Source: Ignicoccus pacificus DSM 13166 (GTDB taxonomy: Archaea; Thermoproteota; Thermoprotei_A; Sulfolobales; Ignicoccaceae). Taken from it: a DNA stretch of 32,000 nucleotides. Every line of letters begins with the position of its first letter. Position 1 is the stretch's first letter. Positions 18,014-26,787 of the stretch are shown in pieces. The stretch lies in the NCBI GenBank assembly GCA_025340205.1, contig CP006868.1, forward strand, positions 1,410,001 to 1,442,000, given 5' to 3'. Under the pieces are notes generated by a model. That model saw only the letters and a list, made by a program, of their open reading frames with translations. It did not search any database and was not told the DNA's origin. The translations under genes were made by a program, and so were the position numbers.

Positions 18014-18958
18014 ATGCTCAAGCTCACTCCTCAAGACCATGAGAAGGTAAAGGCCGGAGAAGTGGAAGTAGTAAAGCTATTGGCTGATCCCATCGGAGTA
18101 GAGGAGAAGTACATAATGGCTTATATAGCTATAGGGAAGAACTCGAGAGTGCTAATAGAAACGGGTCCCAAGAAATCGTTCGATAGGCTCAAGGAGTCTC
18201 TAAAGGAAGTCGGAATAGAGATGAGGGAAATAGACGCAGTCTTCTTGACCCACATACACCTGGACCACGCCGGAGGAGCCGGCCTCGTAGCCAAGGAGTG
18301 TAACTGCCCCGTCTACGTTCACCCGAGAGGTCTTCCTCATTTAATAGATCCCAGCAAGCTGAACGCCGCTGCTGAGAGAACTCTCGGCGAGTTCGTCTTC
18401 AACGCCTATGGTCCGGCTGAGCCGCTGCCGGAGGAGTTTGCCAGGAGTACAGAGGAGAAGGTTTATTCGATTGGGGATGTAAACGTAAAGGTGATCTTCA
18501 CCCCCGGACACGCTCCTCATCACCAAGCGATCTTGATCAACGGAGTGCTGTTCCCTGGAGATGCCTTGGGAGAGGTGACCGTCTGGAGGGGAAGCTACTC
18601 CCCAACAACTCCCCACAGGACGTTACCCCCTATGATAATTGATTCTATAAGAAAGCTGATGTTTGAAAAAGTTAACTCTATAGCCTACACTCATAGAGGT
18701 ATAATAATAGGGAAGGAGGAAGCTCTTAAGCAAATGCATGGGGAGATAGAACAAATAAGGACTTGGCTCGAGGTCGCGAGGATACATTCTAAGGAATGTA
18801 AGTTGGACGTCGAATGTTACAAGAAGTACTTGCTCCTAGCAGATCCCCTTTACAAGGACTTGATGGAGAGCGGAGAGCTGGAGAAGAGCAAGCTGTTGCA
18901 AAACTCCATAAGGATGAGCATAGATGGAATAGCGAGGTACGTACAAGGAATAAAGTGA
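18014..18958 (+). CDS. MBL-fold metallo-hydrolase
   Basis: THIHLDHAGGAG metal-binding motif, VIFTPGHAPHH, LFPGDALG. Confidence 0.9.
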   Translation: MLKLTPQDHEKVKAGEVEVVKLLADPIGVEEKYIMAYIAIGKNSRVLIETGPKKSFDRLKESLKEVGIEMREIDAVFLTHIHLDHAGGAGLVAKECNCPVYVHPRGLPHLIDPSKLNAAAERTLGEFVFNAYGPAEPLPEEFARSTEEKVYSIGDVNVKVIFTPGHAPHHQAILINGVLFPGDALGEVTVWRGSYSPTTPHRTLPPMIIDSIRKLMFEKVNSIAYTHRGIIIGKEEALKQMHGEIEQIRTWLEVARIHSKECKLDVECYKKYLLLADPLYKDLMESGELEKSKLLQNSIRMSIDGIARYVQGIK

Positions 18959-19825
18959 TTACACGACTTTTATATAATCGAACATTCCTACCTTCATCTT
19001 GACCCTGACCACTCCCTTCCACTTCAACCTCTCCTTTATCACCTTCCCTATCTCTTCAGCGACCTTGTAACCGCTGAAGAGACCGACCTTGGAATTAGGA
19101 CTCTTTTCGGCTACCACGAGAGCATTTATCCTGTTCTCAGCTAGGTCGATAGTTATTATATAGTCCTTTACGATCAATCCCTTTGAAACTAGCAACGTCT
19201 TTATCAAGTCATCTAGGATAATATCGGCTACTACGTATAAGGTATGACCCTCGAGGCTTACGACAACAGCTAGGGGGTTGGGGAACCTCTCATTCTGAAG
19301 TATAGAGTTGAGATACTCGAGCACCAGCTTCGCCGCTCCCATCACGCTCGTCGATATCTTCTCGGTCCTCGTCAGCCTTACCTTTATCACCCACATGTTC
19401 ATATCTTCATCAAATTCTGAATCGACGTCAGTAACGGTAAACGGGAGCTTATCGCTCAGCTCTACCAAGGTCCACTTTAACTGCTCCGTTATCTTCTTCA
19501 CCCACTTTTCCTCAGTCATCTCCTCCTTCTTCTCTGCCTTTTCCTCTTCCTTCTTTTCTTCCTCCGCCTCCTTTGGTGTTACCTCCTCCTCAATTACTCT
19601 AGGCTTTACCTTCCTCTTACCCAGCTCCTCCAGCATCGGAAGGGGGAGAAACACCACGAAGGTATGATCCTCCGGCACGCTCTCTACGGTCTGCTTGTCT
19701 ACCACGACTAGGACGGGGTCATCAGTGGACAAGGAGACGACCTTTGCAGTGCCCCATTTCTTAACGAATTCCTTAAGCTCATCTCCCCTTAATATGATAA
19801 ATCCGGTCTTGGCCAAGACTATCAC
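18959..19825 (-). CDS. Hypothetical protein with charged linker
   Basis: 288 aa; Glu/Lys-rich linker (EEEVTPKEAEEEKKEEEKAEKKEEMTEE) separating two ordered-looking regions. Confidence 0.7.
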   Translation of the reverse strand: MIVLAKTGFIILRGDELKEFVKKWGTAKVVSLSTDDPVLVVVDKQTVESVPEDHTFVVFLPLPMLEELGKRKVKPRVIEEEVTPKEAEEEKKEEEKAEKKEEMTEEKWVKKITEQLKWTLVELSDKLPFTVTDVDSEFDEDMNMWVIKVRLTRTEKISTSVMGAAKLVLEYLNSILQNERFPNPLAVVVSLEGHTLYVVADIILDDLIKTLLVSKGLIVKDYIITIDLAENRINALVVAEKSPNSKVGLFSGYKVAEEIGKVIKERLKWKGVVRVKMKVGMFDYIKVV

Positions 19826-19849
19826 CCGGATCAGGACGCTCGTGTAACC

Positions 19850-20449
19850 TCATCCCATGACGGTTAGCTCTTGGGCGGTCTTCATCCCCAGATACCTTAT
19901 GTTAGCGAGCTCTTCTAACACTATCTCCTCAAGCTCTATTACGTCTCTCCTCTTAGTAGCGGTAGCTACCCTCAGCGGTTTCCACGGACAAGTCATACTG
20001 CTAACCCTTCGCGCTATGTTAGCGCTGTTCCCGGATAAGAACTCTTCTATGTCCTCCTTGTCGCTCCCTGCTAACGGTCTTAATAAGACCTTTCCATTAG
20101 TTATAAAGCTCATGTTAGAAAGGGTCTGAGACGCTACTTGACCGACGCTATCTCCTATTATCAGCTCCTCGAAGAATTGGGATGCCTTCTCTATCATCCC
20201 TCTCTTACAAGCCTCGCAGAGGTAGTGGAACTTACCCGCTCTCTTGAGTCTCTCCCTAACACTCTTCAAGTAGGGTCTATGATCGAATAAGTATACCTCG
20301 ACTTCCGGGTTCTCGATGGCTAACGCCCTTAAGGCTAGCTTCGAAGCCTTAGGATCTACGATGAAATGAACTACGCTCTTCGGCCTTAATGCCCTCAGGA
20401 GGGCAAAGCTGTCCAAGCCTCCTGAGTAAAGAAGGGCTCGGTTGCTCAA
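19850..20449 (-). CDS. ThiI-type PP-loop (AANH) sulfurtransferase domain protein without THUMP domain
   Basis: YSGGLDSFALL PP-loop, YLCEACKRGMIEKASQ, GDSVGQVASQTLSNM, LRPLAGSDKEDIEEF, MTCPWKP; only 199 aa. Confidence 0.8.
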   Translation of the reverse strand: MSNRALLYSGGLDSFALLRALRPKSVVHFIVDPKASKLALRALAIENPEVEVYLFDHRPYLKSVRERLKRAGKFHYLCEACKRGMIEKASQFFEELIIGDSVGQVASQTLSNMSFITNGKVLLRPLAGSDKEDIEEFLSGNSANIARRVSSMTCPWKPLRVATATKRRDVIELEEIVLEELANIRYLGMKTAQELTVMG

Positions 20450-20500
20450 CTTAGCGCTTCCTGGGAGGTATGGAAAAAGCGGTTCATTTATAAAAAGGGG

Positions 20501-20794
20501 TTAGAGTTCATCTACATTTATTGAAGTATAAGTAGTCGTGTGGAATAGTCCATCGGCAGCCGCCTTCACCAAGGCCTTCGCTAACACCTTCTCGTTCTCA
20601 GCCTCTATCTTCATGGCTCCGTCGTAATCTCCCAAAAGGGCACAGTACTCAACTACCTTGACTCCTCCCTCCTCTATCTTGCTCTTGACCTTCTCGGCAA
20701 AGCCCTTGGGATCAGCCGAGAACTGCTCCACTCCTCTAGCCGTCAACTTGAAGAGTACCAGAAAGGTGTGGGTTCCCTCTGCCATCCTGCCCAC
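20501..20794 (-). CDS. GYD-domain protein
   Basis: YCALLGDYDGAMKIEAENEKVLAKALVKAAADGLF...TTTYTSI is typical of the GYD family; start may be the ATG at 20785 (SD GAGGTG). Confidence 0.75.
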   Translation of the reverse strand: MGRMAEGTHTFLVLFKLTARGVEQFSADPKGFAEKVKSKIEEGGVKVVEYCALLGDYDGAMKIEAENEKVLAKALVKAAADGLFHTTTYTSINVDEL

Positions 20795-21008
20795 CTCATG
20801 TTACATTATCGACCAATCAATTAAAAGCTATAAGTAAGAGAATCTTCGTAATCAAATCAAATACCAGAGTTTACGAAACTCCACCCCCATCAAGATGTTA
20901 GTATTACGATCCTTCACTATACAAAGATAGGCCCTTCCGTGCTTAGGTAAGAGGTGGCTCCCTTTTCACACCATAAACCTCGCTCCGAGGAGTCCAGAGG
21001 GTAGAGGC

Positions 21009-21413
21009 GTGGAAGCCAAGCACTGGAGATATTACTATGAGAAGATGCTCAAGGAAGCGCCTTTGGTAATTTATTATCCGACTTGCGGAGGGGGAGAGGA
21101 ATGCCTCTACGTATGCCCTAACAAGGACAGAGTATGGGAAATGGTTCCGATGAAGGTTACTTTATTCGGATTTAAAGAGGAGGTGAGGATGAGGCCGTTC
21201 ATGGCTCATCCGGAGAACTGTGCCAGATGCTTCCTATGTATGGAAGCCTGCCCCACCGGAGCCTTAAAGCCTTCCTCAGATCCACCAAAGCATCCTTATC
21301 TGGACCTGTTCGTTAACACAATCAAGCTCTTCTTTAAGAAGAGATACGGCTGGAGGTGGGTACTTAGAAAGGAGCACATCGAGAAGTTCAAGAAAAACAA
21401 CAACCTTACTTGA
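21009..21413 (+). CDS. 4Fe-4S dicluster-type ferredoxin-like protein
   Basis: CGGGEECLYVCPN and ENCARCFLCMEACPTGA cysteine motifs; GTG start. Confidence 0.82.
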   Translation: MEAKHWRYYYEKMLKEAPLVIYYPTCGGGEECLYVCPNKDRVWEMVPMKVTLFGFKEEVRMRPFMAHPENCARCFLCMEACPTGALKPSSDPPKHPYLDLFVNTIKLFFKKRYGWRWVLRKEHIEKFKKNNNLT

Positions 21414-21858
21414 GGGGACTAGCGGCAGGGGCCTCGGGCTTGACTATTAGTACGCTCTTCCTACACGTTATTACGATCTTCGTCGAGACGCTGCCCAATA
21501 AGTAGCCGCTCACGTTTCCTAGTCCCCTAGACCCTAGTACCACCAAGTCCACGTCCTTTTCCATGGCAGTTTTCGTTATCTCATCCACAGGAGAGCCTTC
21601 CCTCACGACAAAGTCTACGTCTAAGTCGAATTCCTTCGCCTTCTCCTTTACCTCCTTTTCCAGCTTCTCAGCTCTTTCCTTTAGTGGCTTTAGAATTACG
21701 TCCTTATGCTCTATTGGAGGTATTACTCTGGTGTCAATTACGTGAACCACAGTGAGCTCGGCGTTATACTTCTTCGCCATATCGGCAGCCCATTCAAAGG
21801 CCTTCCAGCTAACTTCGGAGCTGTCGTGAGCCATCAAAATCTTCTTGATCATCTTCAT
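21406..21858 (-). CDS. Universal stress protein (UspA family)
   Basis: ILMAHDSSEVSWKAFEWAADMAKK...LTVVHVID...DLVVLGSRGLGNVSGYLLGSVSTKIVITCRKSVLIV. Confidence 0.92.
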   Translation of the reverse strand: MKMIKKILMAHDSSEVSWKAFEWAADMAKKYNAELTVVHVIDTRVIPPIEHKDVILKPLKERAEKLEKEVKEKAKEFDLDVDFVVREGSPVDEITKTAMEKDVDLVVLGSRGLGNVSGYLLGSVSTKIVITCRKSVLIVKPEAPAASPLK

Positions 21859-22055
21859 CCACCTAGGAGTAACATCCTGACTATCTTCTTGCTCCTCTCC
21901 ACGGCCTTCACTAGGGGCAGTATCACTTCCTTTGCTATGGCCACTTGCTCCTCATATTCCTCCTTCTTAGCCTTCAAGGTATTCTTAGTCACGAACTCCT
22001 TTAGCTTCTCATCTAGAAGGAAGCCTAGAGATTCCTCCTCCCTCACCTTGGGCAT
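21855..22055 (-). CDS. Small charged helical protein, 66 aa
   Basis: Strong SD GGAGGAGGTG upstream of the ATG; 1-nt gap after the PIN gene and 4-nt ATGA overlap with uspA. Confidence 0.65.
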   Translation of the reverse strand: MPKVREEESLGFLLDEKLKEFVTKNTLKAKKEEYEEQVAIAKEVILPLVKAVERSKKIVRMLLLGG

Positions 22056-22056
22056 C

Positions 22057-22623
22057 TCACAACACCTCCTCCTTTATTATCTGAGATAGCCTCTTAGGTG
22101 TAACAGCTTCTATCTCCTTGAGCTTCCTGTTTATGTTTATTCTGTTTACAGCGGTTACCACGCTCTTGTTGGCCATCCTCCTGCTATCCCAACTTACCAC
22201 GTAATCCGCCTCAGCTAGGGTAGCAGAAGCGAAGATCAGCAAGTTGGCGAAGTACTTCTCGGACAGAACGTCCTCCTCCAAGTAGGTCTTGGCTAGCTTC
22301 AATACCTCCTCGTGGTTGTCTTCCACTACCTTGACGTTGTACTTGCTGAGAACGCTCAAGGCGTGCCTAAGCCTGAACCATCCCATGTCTCCCAAGTAGA
22401 GGAGTTGTTCAAGCTCTAGCAATATGGGGGTACCAATGATCATCTTCCAGTCGGCTTGCTCCACCAGCTTCAGGAACTCCACGGTCTCATCGTGGAGCTT
22501 GTCCTCTAAGGCAGCGGCAGCTAGCAAGACGCTGCCGTCTAGGTATACGACCTTTTCCTCCCTTGCCAAGGCGCCGTTCCCCATGCTATTAGCTTCAACG
22601 GGAGATTTATAGGTGGAGCACAC
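22057..22623 (-). CDS. PIN-domain ribonuclease-like protein
   Basis: VVYLDGSVLLAAAALED, GTPILLELEQLL, NLLIFASATLAEADYVVSWDSRRM; acidic positions consistent with a PIN fold. Confidence 0.72.
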   Translation of the reverse strand: MCSTYKSPVEANSMGNGALAREEKVVYLDGSVLLAAAALEDKLHDETVEFLKLVEQADWKMIIGTPILLELEQLLYLGDMGWFRLRHALSVLSKYNVKVVEDNHEEVLKLAKTYLEEDVLSEKYFANLLIFASATLAEADYVVSWDSRRMANKSVVTAVNRININRKLKEIEAVTPKRLSQIIKEEVL

Positions 22624-22688
22624 AATATCAAGGTAGCTCCATGATTATTTGGTGTACTTCTATCTTCAAGCAAGTAAAAAATATGAGA

Positions 22689-23030
22689 TTAGCAAAGTAA
22701 GGCGGCTAGTATGGCATCCGCCAGCAGGAGGAAGAGCAGAGGAACGTGCTGCATCGCTAGCTTTTCCACACCATAGGGGCTGATTATGCTCCTAGATACC
22801 CTTCCAGCGACGAAGGCAGAGTATAGAGTCAACCAAGGGTATACGTTCATTCCTCCGAGAATTGCGGCAGTGAAGGCACCGTATATGAAGGCATAAATGA
22901 CGTTTTCGTAAAAGAGTATTGTTGGGAATTCCTTTATGAGACCGGTTACGTGAGCTATATCAATTCCAATAAAGCCTATGATGAGTATTGCGTTAAGGGC
23001 TATGAGCGCCATCGAAAGCGCGGACGTCAT
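22689..23030 (-). CDS. Small integral membrane protein
   Basis: 113 aa, about 4 hydrophobic segments. Confidence 0.6.
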   Translation of the reverse strand: MTSALSMALIALNAILIIGFIGIDIAHVTGLIKEFPTILFYENVIYAFIYGAFTAAILGGMNVYPWLTLYSAFVAGRVSRSIISPYGVEKLAMQHVPLLFLLLADAILAALLC

Positions 23031-23240
23031 TCAGCTTCCCTTTCTTCCCCATTCCTCCCTCTGATTAAATAGATCCTCGTTCTCTTCTACAACCCTTTCG
23101 TGAGGGAAGGTTAAGTCTAGAGGATTGGTCTCGCTGGGGATGAACTCATCCTTCACCGCTAGCCCTCAGAGGGAGTCTACATGCTTGTTTATATTTGTAT
23201 ATGTAACTCTCCCACTCAGATCCCAGTGTAACAATGGTGG

Positions 23241-23259
23241 GATTAAAAAGCTTTTAATC
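23241..23259. promoter_or_regulatory. Inverted repeat GATTAAAA-AGC-TTTTAATC upstream of PLP decarboxylase
   Basis: 8-bp perfect arms with a 3-nt spacer, 25-43 nt upstream of the preferred ATG at 23284; A/T content overlaps a possible TATA element. Confidence 0.4.
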
Positions 23260-23283
23260 AACACAAGGAACTCCTCTCGGCTG

Positions 23284-25401
23284 ATGCCTATTGTGGAGAG
23301 GATCTTCGCTTGGCTCCTAGGTCCAAAGGCGGAGAACCAGAAGTTACTAGAGGAATTAATCAACTTAGTGATAAGCGACTACATACATTGGAGAAGGAAT
23401 TACTTTCCCAAAGATAAGACACTAATTAGAAGGAAGGATCAATCGGAGCTGAGGGACGAGTTCGATAAGCTTTACGACAACATATTCAATCTGCTAGGAG
23501 AGATGAGGAGGAACTTCCCGTTCTACAGCCCAAGGTACATAGCTCACATGCAATCGGAGACCACCCTTCCAGCCCTTCTAGGCTTCATCATGGGTCTCCT
23601 CTACAACCCTAACAACGTCTCCACTGAGTCTTCTCCCGTGACCACGGATTGGGAGATAGAGGCTGGAAATAGGGTGCTCGAGCTCATAGGCTATCGTCCA
23701 GCTCCAGACCCCTCTCTACCTAAAGACAAGTACCTGAGAGAACTGAAGAGGGAGTTCGGCTGGGCGCACATAACCTCCGGCGGCACTACAGCGAACCTAG
23801 AGGCCCTCTGGGCGGCGAGGAACGTGAGATATACAATATTAGCCATAAAGGATGTAGCAATAAAGGAAAACGTAGACCTTATAATAAAGCTACCGAATGG
23901 GAAGAAGTATGACATAAGTGAGGTGGACGATTACTCCCTCCTAACGATAAAGCCTAATGAAGCCATCTACGCTCTTTCAAGATTAGTCGTAGCGATGAAG
24001 AGGAAGTATCTTGAGAGTGACGAAGAAATAAACAAGAAGGTATTGAAATTATTAAGAAAGAGTGAGAGGTCCATAAGCAAGGGGTTTGGTAAGCTGTTCG
24101 CCGAGTTCCAACCAGTTATCTTGACGTCGGGAACTTCTCACTACAGCATCGAGAAGATAGCGGACGTCCTAGGAGTGGGCAGAGATAACGTGATCTACGT
24201 TGACATAGATGAAAACTTCAGGATGAGTGTTAAGGACCTCTACTCGAAGCTCAAAGGAGTCAAGGCGGAGAACAAGGTCCCCATAGCCGTTATCGCCACC
24301 ATAGGAACAACGGAAGAGGGATCCGTAGATCCTCTACACGAGATAGTGAAGCTTAGAGAGGAGTTCGAGAAGGGAGGCTTCAGCTTCTGGGTTCACGCCG
24401 ACGCGGCTTGGGGAGGCTTCATAAAGACCTTGCTAACTGATGGGGATGATGAGAAAAAGGTAATAGAGAAGGTAAGGAGGATTACCGAGGACGAGATAGA
24501 ATTGGAGCATGAGAACTATCAGAAGAGGATAAGGATACTGTGGGGAAGCGACAAGGTAGTCTTACCCTTCTTAGCGTTGAAGAGAGCCGAAAGCGTCACG
24601 GTGGATCCCCACAAGATGGGGTACATGCCTTATCCATGCGGAATGGTTGCCTTCAGGAACGACAGGGTGAGGCACTTCATAAGTCAAGAGGTGCCCTATA
24701 TTACATCAACCTTCGCCGTCCACTTACCTCTAAAACATAAGGACTTGGAAAGCGGGAAGGTTGTTATCAACTCATTGGGACCTTACATACTGGAGGGCTC
24801 GAAGCCCGGCGCCTCCGCTTCAGCCCTATGGCTTCAGATAAACACTATTCCATTGACCCCTGAGGGGCACGGAGAGCTCGTGAAGAACAGCTTGTTAGCA
24901 GCGAGGCTTCTCTGGGAATGGATAGTTCATTGGGATCAGGCAGAGAGGGTGAACGGTAGAGAACCGGAGTACCAGTTCATACCACTTACCCAATACCCGC
25001 CAGATACAAACATAGTAACGTTTGTAGTAAAGAAGAAGATAAGCAGGTCGATAGCTCAGATGAACGAATTAACGAAGAAGGTATACGAGGAGTTCTCCAT
25101 AAGGACGGAGTTGGGAGAGTTCGAGTACAGCTACTCACAACCCTTCTTCTTATCCAAGACTGTATTCAAGTCGCCCAAGTATCCGTTCAAGGCATTAAGA
25201 CCGTTCTTCAAGAGGGCCTTTCCCAAGGCAGAACTGCCGAAGCTCGAAAGAGAATACGAAAAGGAGGGACTCTTCGTACTGAGGGCAGTTGTGATGAATC
25301 CCTACATATATCCGCTGAAGAAGAGAGGTCAAGATCTCATGAAGGAATTCATGAGAAGGGCTTCGGAGGCCGCTGAAAGGGCCTTGAGGCGAGGTCTTTG
25401 A
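23284..25401 (+). CDS. Group II pyridoxal-phosphate-dependent decarboxylase (Glu/Tyr/Asp decarboxylase-like)
   Basis: GGTTANLEAL, HADAAWGGF, SVTVDPHKMGYMPYPCG (Schiff-base lysine region). The ORF-track start at 23125 adds 53 residues unlike the family; ATG at 23284 preferred. Confidence 0.88.
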   Translation: MPIVERIFAWLLGPKAENQKLLEELINLVISDYIHWRRNYFPKDKTLIRRKDQSELRDEFDKLYDNIFNLLGEMRRNFPFYSPRYIAHMQSETTLPALLGFIMGLLYNPNNVSTESSPVTTDWEIEAGNRVLELIGYRPAPDPSLPKDKYLRELKREFGWAHITSGGTTANLEALWAARNVRYTILAIKDVAIKENVDLIIKLPNGKKYDISEVDDYSLLTIKPNEAIYALSRLVVAMKRKYLESDEEINKKVLKLLRKSERSISKGFGKLFAEFQPVILTSGTSHYSIEKIADVLGVGRDNVIYVDIDENFRMSVKDLYSKLKGVKAENKVPIAVIATIGTTEEGSVDPLHEIVKLREEFEKGGFSFWVHADAAWGGFIKTLLTDGDDEKKVIEKVRRITEDEIELEHENYQKRIRILWGSDKVVLPFLALKRAESVTVDPHKMGYMPYPCGMVAFRNDRVRHFISQEVPYITSTFAVHLPLKHKDLESGKVVINSLGPYILEGSKPGASASALWLQINTIPLTPEGHGELVKNSLLAARLLWEWIVHWDQAERVNGREPEYQFIPLTQYPPDTNIVTFVVKKKISRSIAQMNELTKKVYEEFSIRTELGEFEYSYSQPFFLSKTVFKSPKYPFKALRPFFKRAFPKAELPKLEREYEKEGLFVLRAVVMNPYIYPLKKRGQDLMKEFMRRASEAAERALRRGL

Positions 25402-25503
25402 GTTTCTATTGCGGTTACCTCGTCGTTAATCTAGTTTATTCAACCGAAGAAGTAGACTATTAACTATTTAGCTCCAAGTGCCATTGTAAAGAGGTATAGA
25501 GGG

Positions 25504-26718
25504 ATGAAACTCCTCCCAGTACTTCTACTCTCCCCCATCCTCCTTCTTGCTAGTGCTGACTTAATCATAACCGATCTCCCGACCGACTTGGTGAGCATAG
25601 ACTCCTACGACGACGCTTTAGTCATAAGCGCTGGAAGCTGCATCTATCTCTTTGACTACGGAGGAAATGAGCTTCAGAGAAGATGCGGAGGAGACGTAGC
25701 TTACGGCGTTTGGGCTTCAGATAACGGCGCAGTCGGCATCCTTAGGAAGAACACGTTCTACAGCGGCTTAGGAGCTCCCACTTGGGCGATCATTATCTCG
25801 CCCTCGTCTACGACGAACCTAACGTTGGGTTACACGTGGGACGATTACCTCTCAGTTGCCCTCGTCTCCAAGAGCTCGCTGGTGCTCTGTGGATCTAACT
25901 GCACGCGTTACGACAACGGCACGGGAGCGTGGAACGTCGAGGTGTCGAAGCTGTACAGAGAGCCGCATAGGATTGGTTTAGCGGATGACCTTCTACTCGT
26001 TCCGAGCTACACCCAAGAGGCTATTCTTGCGTTAAACGCGAGTGACGGGACGTTAGTCTACAAAGCTCCCATATCCGTTTCCAATTGGAGTGAAGTAGAA
26101 GGGCTCTCAGCGGACGTCTGTGGGTACTTAGTAGCCGTTGTTGTCAAGGGGAGGTCCTTGATAGGCTCTTTACATGTTTACGAAGTGAAGAACAACTTAA
26201 CGCTCCTTTGGAAAGCGGATCGTTTCATAACTAATAATTATGGTTCATTCCTTGATTATTTGAAAGATGTAGCGATTTCTCCTGATTGCGATTACATAGC
26301 GGTATTGGACGATTTCTCTAGGAACATCTATGTCTTCAAAGCATCGTCAGAGCCTTATGCCTTGATCGAATTCGATGACAACAAGTATAGCATTACCATC
26401 TTTGATGATTATGGAAACATCGTGTCCAAGGAGTCAGGAAACCTTCCCGGAGATTTACTGAGCTCCGCCGCCCTTACGTGGAGCAAAGATGGATTGCTTA
26501 TAGCATTGAAATTTGATGAAAACGGGAGCGCGAAGGGCGGCGTGCTTAGAATAGTCCTCGACTCCGTCGCCCCAAGCACACAAACCCACTATCTTGACAC
26601 GACGACCTCTGGCTCGCATGCAGGAATACCGACCGTCTCGTTACTAGCTTTGTTGATTCCTCTTGCAAGGAAGTTAAGGAGGTCAGGCGGGGATTCTTCC
26701 TATCACCGCTCATCTTAA
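25504..26718 (+). CDS. Secreted beta-propeller-like protein with C-terminal anchor
   Basis: Signal peptide MKLLPVLLLSPILLLASA; repeated blade-like segments; C-terminal IPTVSLLALLIPLARKLRR hydrophobic and basic tail. Confidence 0.68.
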   Translation: MKLLPVLLLSPILLLASADLIITDLPTDLVSIDSYDDALVISAGSCIYLFDYGGNELQRRCGGDVAYGVWASDNGAVGILRKNTFYSGLGAPTWAIIISPSSTTNLTLGYTWDDYLSVALVSKSSLVLCGSNCTRYDNGTGAWNVEVSKLYREPHRIGLADDLLLVPSYTQEAILALNASDGTLVYKAPISVSNWSEVEGLSADVCGYLVAVVVKGRSLIGSLHVYEVKNNLTLLWKADRFITNNYGSFLDYLKDVAISPDCDYIAVLDDFSRNIYVFKASSEPYALIEFDDNKYSITIFDDYGNIVSKESGNLPGDLLSSAALTWSKDGLLIALKFDENGSAKGGVLRIVLDSVAPSTQTHYLDTTTSGSHAGIPTVSLLALLIPLARKLRRSGGDSSYHRSS

Positions 26719-26787
26719 CGGGCTCCCTCCTCATCCCCATAAAGATTTATTATTCGAACGGAAAAGCTACCCCCACAAGGGAAGCTG

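Noticed and set aside
23125-23283. 53-residue N-terminal extension of the decarboxylase ORF
   Set aside because: The residues look unlike the PLP decarboxylase N-terminus and the segment contains AT-rich promoter-like sequence; ATG at 23284 preferred.
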